Assembly (NCBI GenBank): GCA_030704615.1
Contig: CM060732.1
Span: 76,074,001 to 76,138,000, forward strand
Direction: 5' to 3'
Source: Takakia lepidozioides
Taxonomy: Eukaryota > Plantae > Bryophyta
DNA: 64,000 nt
In this document: positions 48,401 through 61,408 of the stretch, one piece after another
Numbering within the stretch: position 1 is the first letter of the stretch
Layout of the letters: each line of letters opens with the position of its first letter
Translations under genes and position numbers: made by a program
The notes under the pieces: generated by a model
What the model saw: the letters and a program-made list of their open reading frames with translations, nothing else
What the model was told of the DNA's origin: nothing
Database searches by the model: none

Positions 48401-51400
48401 ACCCTAGGGACTTAGCCCGAAAATGGCTAAGTCCCTGGACGGCAATAGGGCCTGGAACTGGAAAACGGCGCCGAATTTCCACTTCAGGGCCAGCCAGTCT
48501 AGGGACTTAGCCCGAAAATGGCTAAGTCCCTGAACGGCAATAGGGCCTGGAACTGGAAAACGGCGCCGAATTTCCAGTTCAGGGCCAGCCAGTCTAGGGA
48601 CTTAGCCCGAAAATGGCTAGGTCCCTGAACGGCAATAGGGCCTGGAACTGGAAAACGGCGCCGAATTTCCAGTTCCGGGCCAGCCACCCTAGGGACTTAG
48701 CCCGAAAATGGCTAGGTCCCTGGACGGCAATAGGGCCTGGAACTGGAAAACGGCGCCGAATTTCCAGTTCCGGGCCAGCCACCCTAGGGACTTAGCCCGA
48801 AAATGGCTAAGTCCCTGGACGGCAATAGGGCCTAGAACTGGAAAACGGCGCCGAATTTCCAGTTCCGGGCCAGCCACCCTAGGGACTTAGCACGAAAATG
48901 GCTAAGTCCCTGGACGGCAATAGGGCCTAGAACTGGGAAATGGCGCCGAATTTCCAGTTCCGGGCCAGCCAGTCTAGGGACTTAGCCATTTTCGGAGCCC
49001 TGATTGGAAATTCGGCGCCATTTTCCCTAACACCACTTGATGCCTCTAACATCCTGAAATGCCAGGACTTGAAAGAAAGGCAGCGCGTATGTACCTGTAC
49101 AGAAGGCGCATTGCTGCTTTGTCCGCATTCGGCTGGTCGGTGAACTCGTGGCTCCGGCGAGCATCTGCTATCTCCCGAAAAAATAGGTTGGTTTTGTAGA
49201 GTAGAAAGTACCTCGTCACATAGTCACGTAGGCTCTCTGCTGCAGGAGATATCTCCATCTTGAACTGATGTGCTTGTGTGTCCAGCTGCTCTTGCGCATT
49301 CGTCGTCACCTGTGGAGATTGTCCATCAGATCGCTTTCCTCAAAAAATACAATGAATCCACCCCCTACTAGAGTAGAAGCCCCAAACGAAGCGTGGGGAA
49401 GTACCTGAAACCACCATGTCATGCGGTTCATCCACATGTCGAATGTGGGGTCAGAGAGTTTGTCCGGTTTGGGAAGCTCCACATGTTCCTGGTACTTTGG
49501 GAACCATTCCAGATTTGGAGCCACCGGGTCTGTCCAACCACCCAGCATATTCGTAAGCGCCAAACACCACAAAAAGGAGTTGTTGCCACCACAATTTTGT
49601 TAAGAATGTATCACCTTTTCTGTTGCATCCACACAGGATGTGGCTAGACGATGGAGCTTCTCCAATGTCATCGTGGGCTTCAGAGCGCGAGAGTAGTGCT
49701 TCCCCACCTCCACCAGAAAGTCGGCACCAAGGGCGGGATCGGCTATGGCCACGTACTTTACCATCCGCGACTTGTACTTTATGCGGGCCCTCACCTCCGC
49801 AGCTTTGACATACGATTCGAGTTCCGGGAGGGTTGGATTCTTCTCCTCTGACTCCATGTAGAACCTCCGCGCATGTGCCAAATCCTGCTGTATTTTCGTC
49901 TGTCAAGAATGCGCACATAAGATTAGAGATCCTGCTCAACACAATTTCTTCTATTGGGGGAGGAGAGACAGATTAGCTCAACAAAACTGTCAGGAGCTTT
50001 ACCCGAAATATATAGTCCACCATGGCGTCGACGCTCAGCCTATACCAGGTTTTGTCTGCCTTTGCCTCCGACTTGCGCAGGAGGTCGGCACTGAGGGAAT
50101 TGGCAAACTCTTGCACCCCCTGCTTCCCGACATCCTTCACTCGGAAGAGCATATGGGACAAGTTGGTGGCAATGAAGGCATTCTCAGTCACCCTGCAGTG
50201 CCACATTTCCATCAAACAATACTGAAATGGGAATTTTCATCATATATGAGGATTCGCAATGAAATGACTTCCAAATTCAAAGTCCAAAAGCGAGAGGGGT
50301 TGTAGCTTACGAGTTGATGTCGGCCATTGCAGCTTTGAGAAGACTGCGATCTTTGGGCCCCGCAACCTTCAGCACAACACAATCCACGGCGAAATGCCAA
50401 TCGAGGTCGTTGGGGTGGGCTTGGGCAATGTGCTCCATCCATGCCAGGAGGCGATGATTGCCGTCCACACGTAGAACATCTTACCGGACAAGTGCTGGAA
50501 AAGAGGATCACTAGCAATCGATCTCTCGAACTCCTCATTTCGCGTTTGCCAATGGGGACCCCATTTGTCCACCTCATCGGAAGTGTGGGCACGGGAAGCT
50601 CCGTGGTCGTTCTCAATGGAAACGTAAAACGCGGCAGACCCCATTCGATATCCATCCCGGAAAGAGAATTTCAGCTTGTCGATATCGCCTGGGAGGGCAG
50701 GTCTCACCACCTGCAATGACACCAAGCGGCAAAGGGGAATTCGAAGCTTGGCCGGGTACACCATGCCCCCCAGCACCCTGCCAATGTTGCTGTGGGTTGC
50801 CTCCAACATCTTGGCAGCGGCCAACTTCATATCCGCCTCAGACATGACGTCTGCTGCAGAGGGGTTTTCCGGCAGCCCACCAGGACCGCCAAATCCAGCC
50901 TGTATGCTCCGGGTTTGGGGCCTGGGGATGTCCGGGAGGATGTCATCCTGGTCAGAAAGCTCCCTGTCGTCCTCCTCAATAGGGTCAGCCACCTGCGAAA
51001 CCACCTCCAGCACTCTCCCCGTCTCTACTGCCCTCTCCCTGGCTTCACCTGGAACTTGCACAATCCGTGCTCTTTCAGGTGTTCTTTCCTCTCCTCCACT
51101 CTCCACCGTATGGGTAATTGCGGGGGTTGCTCTTGCCCACGATGGTCTAACCGGTGTGTTACTGCCTCTCTGTGGTGTCTTGGATGGATCCACCGTCTCT
51201 GTGCGTCCCTCGCTTACATTGGCATCTGTCATTTGGGCACCCCTGGCCTCTTCAGCTGCCTTTTGTCTTTCCTCCTGGCTAGCATTCTGTCTCGTCTGCT
51301 CTTTTGCCCTCTCTTTTGCCCTCTCATGGGCTTTCTGTTTCTTACTAGGGCTAGCAGCAGGGGAGCCCTCCAGGACGACCACCTTTGATTGAGGCGAACT

Positions 51401-52188
51401 GACACCCTCGCGCGCACTGCTCACTCCCCCCTCCGCAGCCTGTGACTGCTCTCTCGCCGGGGATTGCATGTGCTTAGCTTTCTTCTTTTTCTTTGCGTGG
51501 GCGGGCCCTACTGCATGTGCATAAACAACCTCCATTGCCGGATCTGCTGTCCTCATGTCCTCACGCCCTTCACCTGCCATGCCGCCTGCACCAACCTCCC
51601 CAATGCCTACTCTGTCGTACTGTCGTTGCAAGTCCTCCCGTCCACCAACAAAAGGCTTAAGTTTGCCCTCTCGCCCCAAGTTGGGCGATTCAAACATGCG
51701 ATGAGTTGGAGCTGTCGATGATACCACCAGCGTGCCGGGCTCGTCGTCACTCTGTCATTGACAAAAATCGTGAAAACCAATATCAGTGCAAAAAGCAGCA
51801 TCGCAACGAGCAGCGCAACCACCATAGCAACAATCGTGTAGCAAAAATGAAAACATAACAAGTTTAGGAAGTATGGAGAGCCATGCAACAACAATGAAAA
51901 CAAATGCAACCATTGCCTGAGAATGACATGCACAAGCAGCCTTCTCCAGAGCTGCCGGATTTGCACACGCATTGCAAACAATCTAAGGTTCACTCAACTA
52001 TCTAAAGTTCACTCATACAGCGAAACCAGGATGAAGATGCAAAAACAAAGCAAGGTAACAAAGCGAAAGCAAAAAATAAATCGAACAAACCGAAAGCAGA
52101 AGTGGCTTGCCTGAGAGTACTCGGCTTCAGTTGGCGCAGGTTGTGAGCAAGACACTGGAATCTCCTGCTGTAGCTTCAGTTTGGCCAT
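45470..52188 (-). pseudogene. ParB-like/beta-class DNA methyltransferase accessory gene, copy B
   Basis: Same exons as copy A: a 452-aa ORF at 50369-51727, the ParB-like region at ~50330-50760 and the MTase at ~46200-46970. A final acidic exon (45470-45930) follows a GA|GTGAGT ... TGTAG|G intron. Confidence 0.72.
47847..49025. repeat. Tandem array of 12 x 95-bp hairpin units (intronic)
   Basis: Units start every 95 bp from 47847 to 48892, with the same unit as 1961-2945. Confidence 0.95.
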
Positions 52189-53149
52189 GCGAGAGATTGG
52201 CCGTCGTCCGTAGTACACAGCTTTCAACTTCCGCCGCGGTCTGGATGTGAGGTCTCTCTCAGGAGAGCCACGCCCTTCAGGCGGCATAAGTCCCAGCCAA
52301 AAAGATCTCTTTTTTTGGGGTACATGCCTCGAATAGCATGTTAAGCCAAGATAAGCATGAGATTTAGGGTACGTGTCCAGGAAGCCATGCGTCGCCAGCC
52401 CGAATGATAACCAACGGCGGTCGACATTTATTGCCCAACTGCGCAATTAAATATCGGATGAAGATTCGGCGCCGAATCTCCATCCAGGGGATGCTCTCTG
52501 TCGAACACGTGCCGACCTCTACGCCCGAGGCGACTTCATCCGGGCGTCCCTTGTTCGATATTCGGTGCCGAATTTCCGTCCGGGGGTTGAAATGTGACGG
52601 CCAAGTGCCGACCACTCCCCCCTCCCCGACTGCATCCGAACCGCCCCGGATGGAAATTCGGCGCCGTTTTTCCATCTGGGGATGTTTTTATGCCGTCCAG
52701 TTTTCGGCCTGACCCCCCGACACGACTCCCTTTGGGGGGCCCGGATGGAAATTCGGCGCCGAATCTCCATCCAGGGGATGTTCTCTGTCGCACACGCGCC
52801 GGCCTCTGAGCCCGAGGCGACTTCATCCGGGCTTCCTCTGTTGGATATTGGGTGCCGAATTTCCATTCGGGGGTAATAATGTGACGGCACGGTGCCGGCT
52901 TCTCCCCTTCAGCCGTCATCATCCGGACGGCCCCCCACTTTCTGACTGCATACCGTTGGCAGTTATTGCGCAAAGACCAGGGGCCGCATTCCGGAGACAA
53001 GGTTCATTAACACTCTGACTGTGTATTTTTGAGATAGTTGGCTCCCTGGATTTGGATCAGGCTTCGTCGCTCGGACAAATCGGCATCGCATTCATTCCCA
53101 TCGCTGCACCCCCTTCTACCAGGGAGCTTCCCAGCACGCCATCCTGGCA

Positions 53150-56100
53150 GTCTTGTATGCACATCTCCCATGGCGGAAAACCCGAGCGCTACAGTATACT
53201 GCCCTCCTCACGAGCATAGAGCTTCATTTCTGTGCAGAGGGGACACCTGCCGGGTGATGGAGAAATATCTGTGCGTTCGATACCACCTGAAACCGGGGTC
53301 GGTTTTTTTTGGAGCAAGAACCGGGTTGTTCACAACCTGTCCGACTCAGACGAGGTCATGGAAGTTCCGAGGTCGTCCTGGAGATCAGGCAAGTCCTCAA
53401 TGGACGTCAGTGGAGGAGGGAGTCATATTCCCAGCACGAGCACCGCAATTCGATCTATTCTTGAAATTCTGCGAGGGCTTCACCTGGAAGGACACCGGTC
53501 GGAGCTGGCCGGGCTGGACTACAGCAAGTTCGCAATTAAATCGGTTACATGCCTTCCCGCCGACGTCGACGGTAATATCTTCTTTGAGTTCCCTCCTCGG
53601 GCGGACTACTCGAGGGCGTCCGGAATGTTGACAGATATGGATAGAAAACATGACGGTCATCCTTGGTGCGTTACCAAAACCACCAGCATGAAGATGCTCG
53701 ATGGTGTGCGGGTGCGCTACGTTGTTTGTGCGGGCGCGTTGCGGTGTTTCTCCCCAACTTGCTTCCACTTTAAATCCAGAGGTCACAGGAACGAGACCGA
53801 TTGGACAGGCACAGCTCACCAACCATTTCGAGCTCAGGAGAAGGTTCCGAACTCCACATTTAAGTGTGCGCATTGCAAAGAACCACCACACTGCATGTCT
53901 GTTTGTAATGCCAAGTAGTTCTATGTGTTGCACCGTTTCCCTGACCTCACCCGAGCTTGCATACACGTTGGTTCCCATTGTCACAAATTGGCGAGGGGGA
54001 ACTCGCGGGAGGCTGCCCACGAAGCAGAGCAGCTCGTTCAGGAGGAGGTTAAGTTGAGACCGGGTGCCAAACCCAAACAGATACAGCTCCAAGCCGCCCA
54101 TAAGATGGCATTGGCCAGAATTATGTCGGAAGACGGCTCCGATAGAGTTCCTCTCGACGAGAAGGAAATGGAGGCATTGCTGGAGTCGGTGTCCCATGTA
54201 TGTTCACCGAATGTCCGAAACCACATTGTCTCATGCAAACAGAAAATTGGTCGTGGCTCGGATATGCACTCCATTCTGGAGGTGAAGCGACGATGTGGAT
54301 ATGACTACATTCATGGAAGTAGGTTTCCAGGACAAGGGACTGAGGCAGATCGTTGTTTCGTATTCCAAATGTCCACGTGTGGACCTGGCAGCGGCGTCGA
54401 ACTGGTCGAGAGGATGACGAGTGGGAACTTGTCAAACAGTTGGGTCATGTTCGACCATATCAAGCGAATTACAAATCACCAGTGGGTGACAATGGGTGCA
54501 CATGTCTACGACACCCACTGCAGGATGCTAATGACAATTGCTATTTGTGAGATGAAAGGAGAGGACACACAATCGGAGATGCTTCTTTGGCAGGGAATAA
54601 ACGAACAGATGGCCAAGGCGGGATTGCCCCCTCCCAATTTCCGTGGTTTCATGGCGGACAACGCACAAGCAAATTGGGCTGCCATCCGAAGGGTGTACGG
54701 GCAAGACCCCAATGTTCCCATGGAAGGCAAGGAGAGATCTTGTGGGTTCCATTTTCTGCAGAGCCTTTCGCAGTACACAACCAGGCTCGTGGCGCCAGAT
54801 TTCAGAGAGGAGCACCGTTCCATGTGCCTTGCGTGGAAGCGCGCTCCCACCTTGGATGATGCAGAGACACAGTTTGCATGCATACGGGCTTGGTGGACAT
54901 CGTCAGGTGCTGTAAGGAAATCAGACGAGGGAGGAATGGTCAGTTGGCTAGCATGGTGGCATTATCGTTTCCTCCAGTTCGGCGACTATATGCGGGAGGT
55001 GAATTGCACGAATTCGCGTCCCGTTGAATATTATTCTTGGCCAGATTTGTAACTTGCTTGTAACCTGAACATGTGCTTGTGCAGGAAATGTGTCTCGACT
55101 CCGACACCGACATGCCCACGACAAACATGGCCGAATCAGTGCACTCTTCCTGGCGTGCCTCCTCTGCGGCGCATCTGGTGGACATCCTCACTGCCACAAC
55201 GGAGGACATTGTGAGGTCAATTATGCAGCAATGCAGGTACAACGAGTTCTTGAAAGAGAAACAGTGGGGCTTGGGGCCGGACAGGCAGGAAATGCTGATG
55301 CGGACTGCCTCCAGATCGAAGAATCCTCGGAAGTGGGCGGCGGCCTTGCGAGAGGGCCTTCGGGACACGCCATTGCTGCGAAGAGGCCAACATTTGGAAG
55401 GAGATGTTCATACCCGTCCAGTGAGACGAAGACTTGACGAGGCACCTGGCGGAGAAGAGGATTCATGGCGAGCTGACAAGAATATTCGCACGCTCCCTCG
55501 TGGTCCCGTGATGTTGCCCGAGGAGGTCTCGTCGAGCACCGCAAGTCCTGCACGTTCAAGATCGCCATCTCCTTTGAGCACAGGGCGCGTGCCCCGGCAA
55601 CATAACGAGCCATCTGTTGTAAAGCAGTACAACATTCCCATTGTGGAGACAAGAGTGTCGGAGTCACAGTGGAGAATTGCGAGGACATTGCCGGCATTTC
55701 GAGGGAATTGCTGCGCCATCCGGATGGATACGAGAGCACGCTGTGGTGAGATGATTTGGAGGAACCCACACGGTGCTGTACCTGCACCTTGTTTCAGCGG
55801 CAGATTTTTGACTCCCACATTTGCTCACGCCACAACACAGACATTTTGGTTCTGTAGGCACGACATAATGACCTGTGTATTTGGCAAGCCCAAGTACGGG
55901 ATTCAGGGAATGCCGGAGCCTTCGGGCGTCTGGCCTGTTGCACCGGGTTGCAGCCTCTCTCAGAATGAGGCGGATGCTCTATCTGCAGCAGGATTTCGAT
56001 TGGTGCAACGCACAGACATCCCGGCCCACGCATTTCCGGTTCTTCAGACCCAGCCATTGCAGACTGCTCGGTCCAGTAGATACGGATTGGACAATTCTGC

Positions 56101-56500
56101 ACATCCCACAATGCGATTCGGAAGAGTGAAGAGACGACACCCCCAACAAGTTGAATGAGACTCGGATTGCCAATGCTCTTGGGATGGCTTGCACTATTCA
56201 GAGCTCCGTGGACGTACCCCACCCGGCCTTGGGCGTGTGTATCGGATGGCAACGGCCGGCTCGACTGTACGCGACGATGTATACATAATTACGATTGGAG
56301 TGGAGCCGACTTGCAATTGTATGGACTTCTCATTGATGGAAGCAAAGAAGGGTTCGAAGTATTATCCGTGCAAGCATCTGTATTACATCTACCTGAAGAG
56401 GTTGAGGATGAACGTGACTATTGATGACTTTATTCATGCACCGGCGTTGAGCGTGAACGAGCTGCACAAACTCCTCCTTAGGGATTCCAGAAATCATTGA
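53150..56500 (+). pseudogene. MULE transposase, copy B
   Basis: The catalytic core is open at 53925-55052 (MFDH, FMAD, CGFH), MAES lies in 55073-56158 and SWIM in 56189-56500. There is a CAG>TAG stop at 53916-53918 and a ~260-bp deletion near 53315 relative to copy A. Confidence 0.9.
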
Positions 56501-56647
56501 TGGGGCAAACGGAATCCTCCATATGGATATTTTCAAATGCATTTTGCTGTATCAGACTTTTTTTTGCAGTGTAATGAAATGCACCCCAAAACTCCTGAAA
56601 TGAGGCAATATTCCATTCAAACTGAGATCCAACAGAAGCAGTTGTGG

Positions 56648-57155
56648 GGAAAAATGGCGCCGAATTTCTCTTTTTGGGGCCGAAAACTGGCTAAGTCCCA
56701 ACATGCACTGGTACCTGTGTCTGGGAAAATGGCGCCGAATTTCTCTTTTTGGGGCCGAAAACTGGCCAAGTCCCAACATGCACTGGTACCGTGTCTGGAA
56801 AAATGGCGCCGAATTTCTCTTTTTTGGGCCGAAAACTGGCCAAGTCCCAACATGCACTGGTACCGTGTCTGGAAAAATGGCGCCGAATTTCTCTTTTTTG
56901 GGCCGAAAACTGGCTAAGTCCCAACATGCACTGGTACAGTGTCTGGAAAAATGGCGCCGAATTTCCCTATTTTGCGCCGAAAACTGGCTAAGTCCGAACA
57001 TGCACTGGAAAAATGGCGCCGAATTACCTGTCATGAGGGGACCTATAGCCGCGGAATTCGGCACCATTTTTCGCCAGAGAGACCTATTACCGCGAAATAC
57101 GTCGCCGTTTTTTCAGGTTACGGACCCTATTACCGCGAAATTCGGCGCCATATTT
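56648..57155. repeat. Right subterminal array of ~74-bp units (5 full plus partial copies)
   Basis: Same unit as 12100-12460. Confidence 0.9.
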
Positions 57156-57373
57156 GCACATGTCGCTAGGAATTCGCATGAGCGGAAGACGAAATATCAT
57201 GAGCACAACTGTCAAAACTGCAATTTTCCCTTCAAGGGGCCGAATAATATATTTGTTTTTCATGACACATTGCATTAAATTATTGTTTTTTATTTTCGAA
57301 ATTTGCTATTTCATGAGCATGAGCGGCATGAGCGGCATGAGCAGAGTAGTAACACAATCGGTTTTCATGAGCA

Positions 57374-58870
57374 CATGGTGACATCGTCAAAGCTGGAACT
57401 GTACCAGATGTCATTCTGAACACTGCCCTGGTGGACATGTATGCCAAATGTGGGTGCATTAAGGATGCGAAGGGAGTTTTCAACACTATGGCTGAACAAG
57501 ATGTGGTGTCATGGAAGACGATGCTTGCAGGGTATGCACAACAAGGACGTGGTATGAAGGCTTTGGAGACCTATGATCAAATGATGGGGGAAGGGGTGAA
57601 GCCCGACCACATCACATTTGTGTGCATTTGCGATGCGTGTGCAAGCCTGGCAGCTCTGGAAAATGGCGAAAGAGGTCCATGGCGACATTGTCAGAGCTGC
57701 AATTGTACCAAGTGTCATTCTAAACAATACCCTCGTGGACATGTATGAAGGGAGTGTTTGACAGTATGGCTGAATGAGATGTGGTGTCGTGGAGTACGAG
57801 GATTGCAAGATATGTACAGCAAGGGCGCGGGATGGAGGCTTTGGAGACCTTTGAGCAAATGATGTGCGAAGGGGTGAAGCCCAACGGCATAATGTTTGTT
57901 TGCATTGGCAATGCGTGTGCAAGCCTGGCAGCCCTGGAAAGGTGCAAAGAGGTCCATGGTGACATCGTCAAATCTGGAATTGTACCCGATGTCAATCTGA
58001 ACATTGCCCTGCTAGACATGTATGTCAAATGTGAGTGCATCGAGGATGCAAATGGAGTGTTCAACAGTTTGGCTGAATGAGATGTGATGTCGTGGAGTGC
58101 GATGATTGCAGGATATGCACAGCAAGGATACGGGATGGAGGCTTTGGAGACCTATGAGCAAGTGATGTGCGAAGGGGTGAAACCCAACCGCAACACATTT
58201 GTTTGTGTTTGCAATGCGTGTGCAAGCCTAGGAGCTCTGCAAATGAGGGTAGAAAATACGGTTTTGGGGCCAAATGGTTTTTATTCACTCTCAAATGTGA
58301 TGCGAAGGGAGTTTTCAAATGGCTGAACAAGATGTGGTGTCGTGGAACGCGATGCTTGCAGGGTATGCACAACAGGGGCGTGGGATGGAGGCTTTGGAGA
58401 CCTATGAGCAAATGATGGGGGAAGGGGTGAAGCCTGACCACATCATGTTTGTGTGCGTTTGCAATGCGTGTGCAAGCCTGGCAGCCCTGGAAAAGGGCAA
58501 AGAGGTGCATGGTTGCATCGCCAAAACTGGAACTGTACCAGGTGTGATCCTGTACACTGCCTTGATGGACATGTGAGAGCATTGAGGATGCAGAGGGAGT
58601 GTTCAACAATATGGTTGAACGAGATTTGTTGTCGTGGAACGTGATGCTTGCAGGATATGCACAGCAGGGCGTGGGATGGAGGACCTGGAGACCTATGAGC
58701 AAATGATGGGGGAAGGGGTGAAGCACGACCACATCATGTTTGTGTACGTTTGCAGTGCGTGTGCAAGCCTGGCAGCCCTGGAAAAGGGCAAAGAGGTGCA
58801 TGGTTGCATCGCGAAAGCTGGAATTGTACAGATGTGATTCTGAACAATACCCTCGTGGACATGTATCGAG
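57374..58870 (+). pseudogene. Tandem PLS-type PPR repeat pseudogene (about 5 triplets of ~300 bp)
   Basis: Repeats of DMYAKCG.I.DA..VF..MAEQDVVSW..M.AGYAQQGRGMEALETYEQM..EGVKPD..FVCVC.ACASLAALEKGKEVHG, with stops and frameshifts. Confidence 0.9.
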
Positions 58871-60120
58871 ATAGTGTAAGGTGACCAGTTTGCTTTGGGT
58901 TTGAGGGCCATGGATGGGCAGTATAATGGAGGCAGGGAATGATCGCTGATAGAAAGCCTTGTAGCCAATTTGCTGAGCAGGTCCCAGAGAACGATGAAGT
59001 ATTATCAAGACTGGGATCTAATGCTTATGTGAGAAAAACAGAGGGACTTGAAGAAGACACAAAAAAAACACATGGGGGAAACCACATTGCATCTGACACC
59101 GAGGGTAAACTTCTCAAGTACCTGTCAAATGTTTTGAGTGACCTGGGCATAATTATCTCAAAAGAGAGAACATTTCTTTGGACGTTAAATTTTTTCAACC
59201 TCACTCTCATTGATTGATGGCTATGCAGCCAATTGATATCTATTGCAGTTACAAACTAAAGTTCATGTTGATGAATAACCAAGACGATCTGTGTGTAGAA
59301 ATCACACTTGGTCTCTAAGAATTTACACAGAAAGCTTAGAGTACCGATCAATTGATACTCGACATTCTATAATCAACTGCGTAGACCTCCTCAATTAGGT
59401 CAAAAGATAGTTTGCAATACTCGAAGCTAGTAATTCCCAAGAGCTTTACACAAAACTGTGATCAAGCTAAATCTGTTCACACTCGCATAATTTGTACATA
59501 AAGTACCGAAGTCCGACTAGGGTTGCAAACCACCTTGCCAGAAACTAACCTCACAACACTAATACAAATCACCGCCTGCAGGAGCCCACATCACAGACCT
59601 TCCCTGTACAGTTATTTCGGTTCACTCATGCTTCTGGTAGCCCTCAGAGGGCATCGTAGATTGGTGCTTTTCCACCTCCTTTTCGGCCTCACATGACAGA
59701 TAGAATGAAAATCTTTGAGTTCGATTGTCACCATTTCAGAAATTGTGATTTGCCCCAATCCTCCTGAGCACCGCCCAATAGATCTTGAACCCAATGCAAC
59801 TTAGAACTCGTACCAGGTTGTTTTGTGATGTTATGTCATGTTTCGTGATGTTTTCGCACCCAAAGCTGGCATTTTTACCTGGGCCTGCAGTAATGGTCTC
59901 TTTAAAAGTTAGTTTTTTTTAGAAAAAGGAGCAGAGGGCTTTATAAATAGAAAGCCAAAAGGTCCAAAAAGAACAAGGGATCGAGGATATAAGTAGTAAC
60001 CTCCGAACGCCGTTAGGCTTTAACAAGAGGAGATCCTACCCCCGTGAGTATCTTTGTTGCTCCATATCCTGCACCTCACTGCTCACCCTCTGTGCGTGAG
60101 GCCCGTCCATTAGCGACAAC

Positions 60121-61400
60121 ATGATAGGAGAGGCGTTGCGAGAGGGAGAGAGAGCGGTGCAGCGCAAGAGCAAGAAGAGAGCATTCATAGGAGACCTATT
60201 CTCAGAGAGACAGAGGCGCAAGAAAGCATGCGTAGAGAGAAACAATACACACATCGACAAAGAGAAATCAGAGATGGACGGGGAGGTATGTAGCAAGCTC
60301 CCTTCCCTCCCTTCCCACTTGTTGGAGAGCCGGGTGTTGGCAGTCTTGCCGTATAGACGACTTCGTGGCGTGTGCAAGCGATGGGACTCACTTATTTCTC
60401 AAGATCCATACTTACTAGGGCTGCGTAGTGAAGTCCCTCTTGGGAAGCATGTGCCATGTTTCATGTTTCTCGATAGAAGTTTGCGATTGCTACTCTATGA
60501 TCCATTCGCCGATGCCTGGACCAGCAAAATCGACTTAAAATTCCTTGAGAAGAATCTTCCTACTCATACTGACTGCCATACCCGCACTGCTGCAGCAGGA
60601 GGCGTGTTTGTCTTCCAAACGCTTGTCTCCTAGTATGAGACTATATACACAGTGTGCAACCCCCTCTCAAAATGCTGGAGACGACTGCCCCGCGATCCAC
60701 TTTGCGAGGACCTTGCGCCTTCTTGCGTCTGTCGTATTCTTATGCAATTGTCTTCTTGTGTCTGCCCTCTTATGCAATTGGTGGTGGACTGCACGACCGA
60801 CTCCTACAAGGTTATTGTCTTAGGACGCTCATGGAGAACGCACGTGTATGACTCAATCTCGAATTGCTGGAGTGAAACTGGGAGGATGCCTGCGGATCTG
60901 AGCACGAGACGAGACTTGCTTGTACACAGAGTGATATGCGGCGACATTATGTACGCCATCACTTATCCCGAATATTTTATGCCAACAGCTGGCAGATTGC
61001 TGGCATACAACATAGCAAGGGGCGTCTGGACTGAGGTGCGTACAACAATGCCCGATCGTGTGAGGCGGAAATACCTTGTGGAGAGTGGTGGGCACTTGTT
61101 GCTGGTTGGCGCTATGTCTTCCTTAGAAGACTTGGAAGATTATCGCATTGTGAAAGCCATATGTTTGTAGGAATTCATGTTCTCCACTCGAGAGTGAAGG
61201 CATTAGGGAGAATGCCTAACCGGTTGTTGAAGCAATTTAAGGATGATATGCGATGGGAAGAGGATTTGTGGACTGCCGTAGCGCATGACGGTCTCATCCT
61301 CTTCAAATGCCAGCTGTCACAAACCTTGGTGTATGACTTGGTGCAAGCATCGTGGGGCTAGCTTCCTCTGGCTCCCACCTGGACAAAAGAAACATCAGTG
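60121..61400 (+). pseudogene. F-box protein (F-box/kelch-like family), probable pseudogene
   Basis: F-box LPSHLLESRVLAVLPYRRLRGVCKRWDSLI, then VCNPLSKCWRRLP, YKVIV..THVYDSISNCW and LVESGGHLLLVG. There is an in-frame TAG at 60631-60633 and a frameshift near 61165. Confidence 0.8.
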
Positions 61401-61408
61401 AGTGGTGT

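Larger units (their letters stand above)
45250..57373. mobile_element. MULE copy B, near full length (12.1 kb), inserted into a PPR repeat
   Basis: The direct repeat CATGGTG lies at 45243-45249 and 57374-57380. Removing the element restores the PPR frame ALEKGKEIHG|DIVKAGTVPDVILNTALVDMYAKCG. The left TIR is ggggctgctatttcatgagc. Confidence 0.92.
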
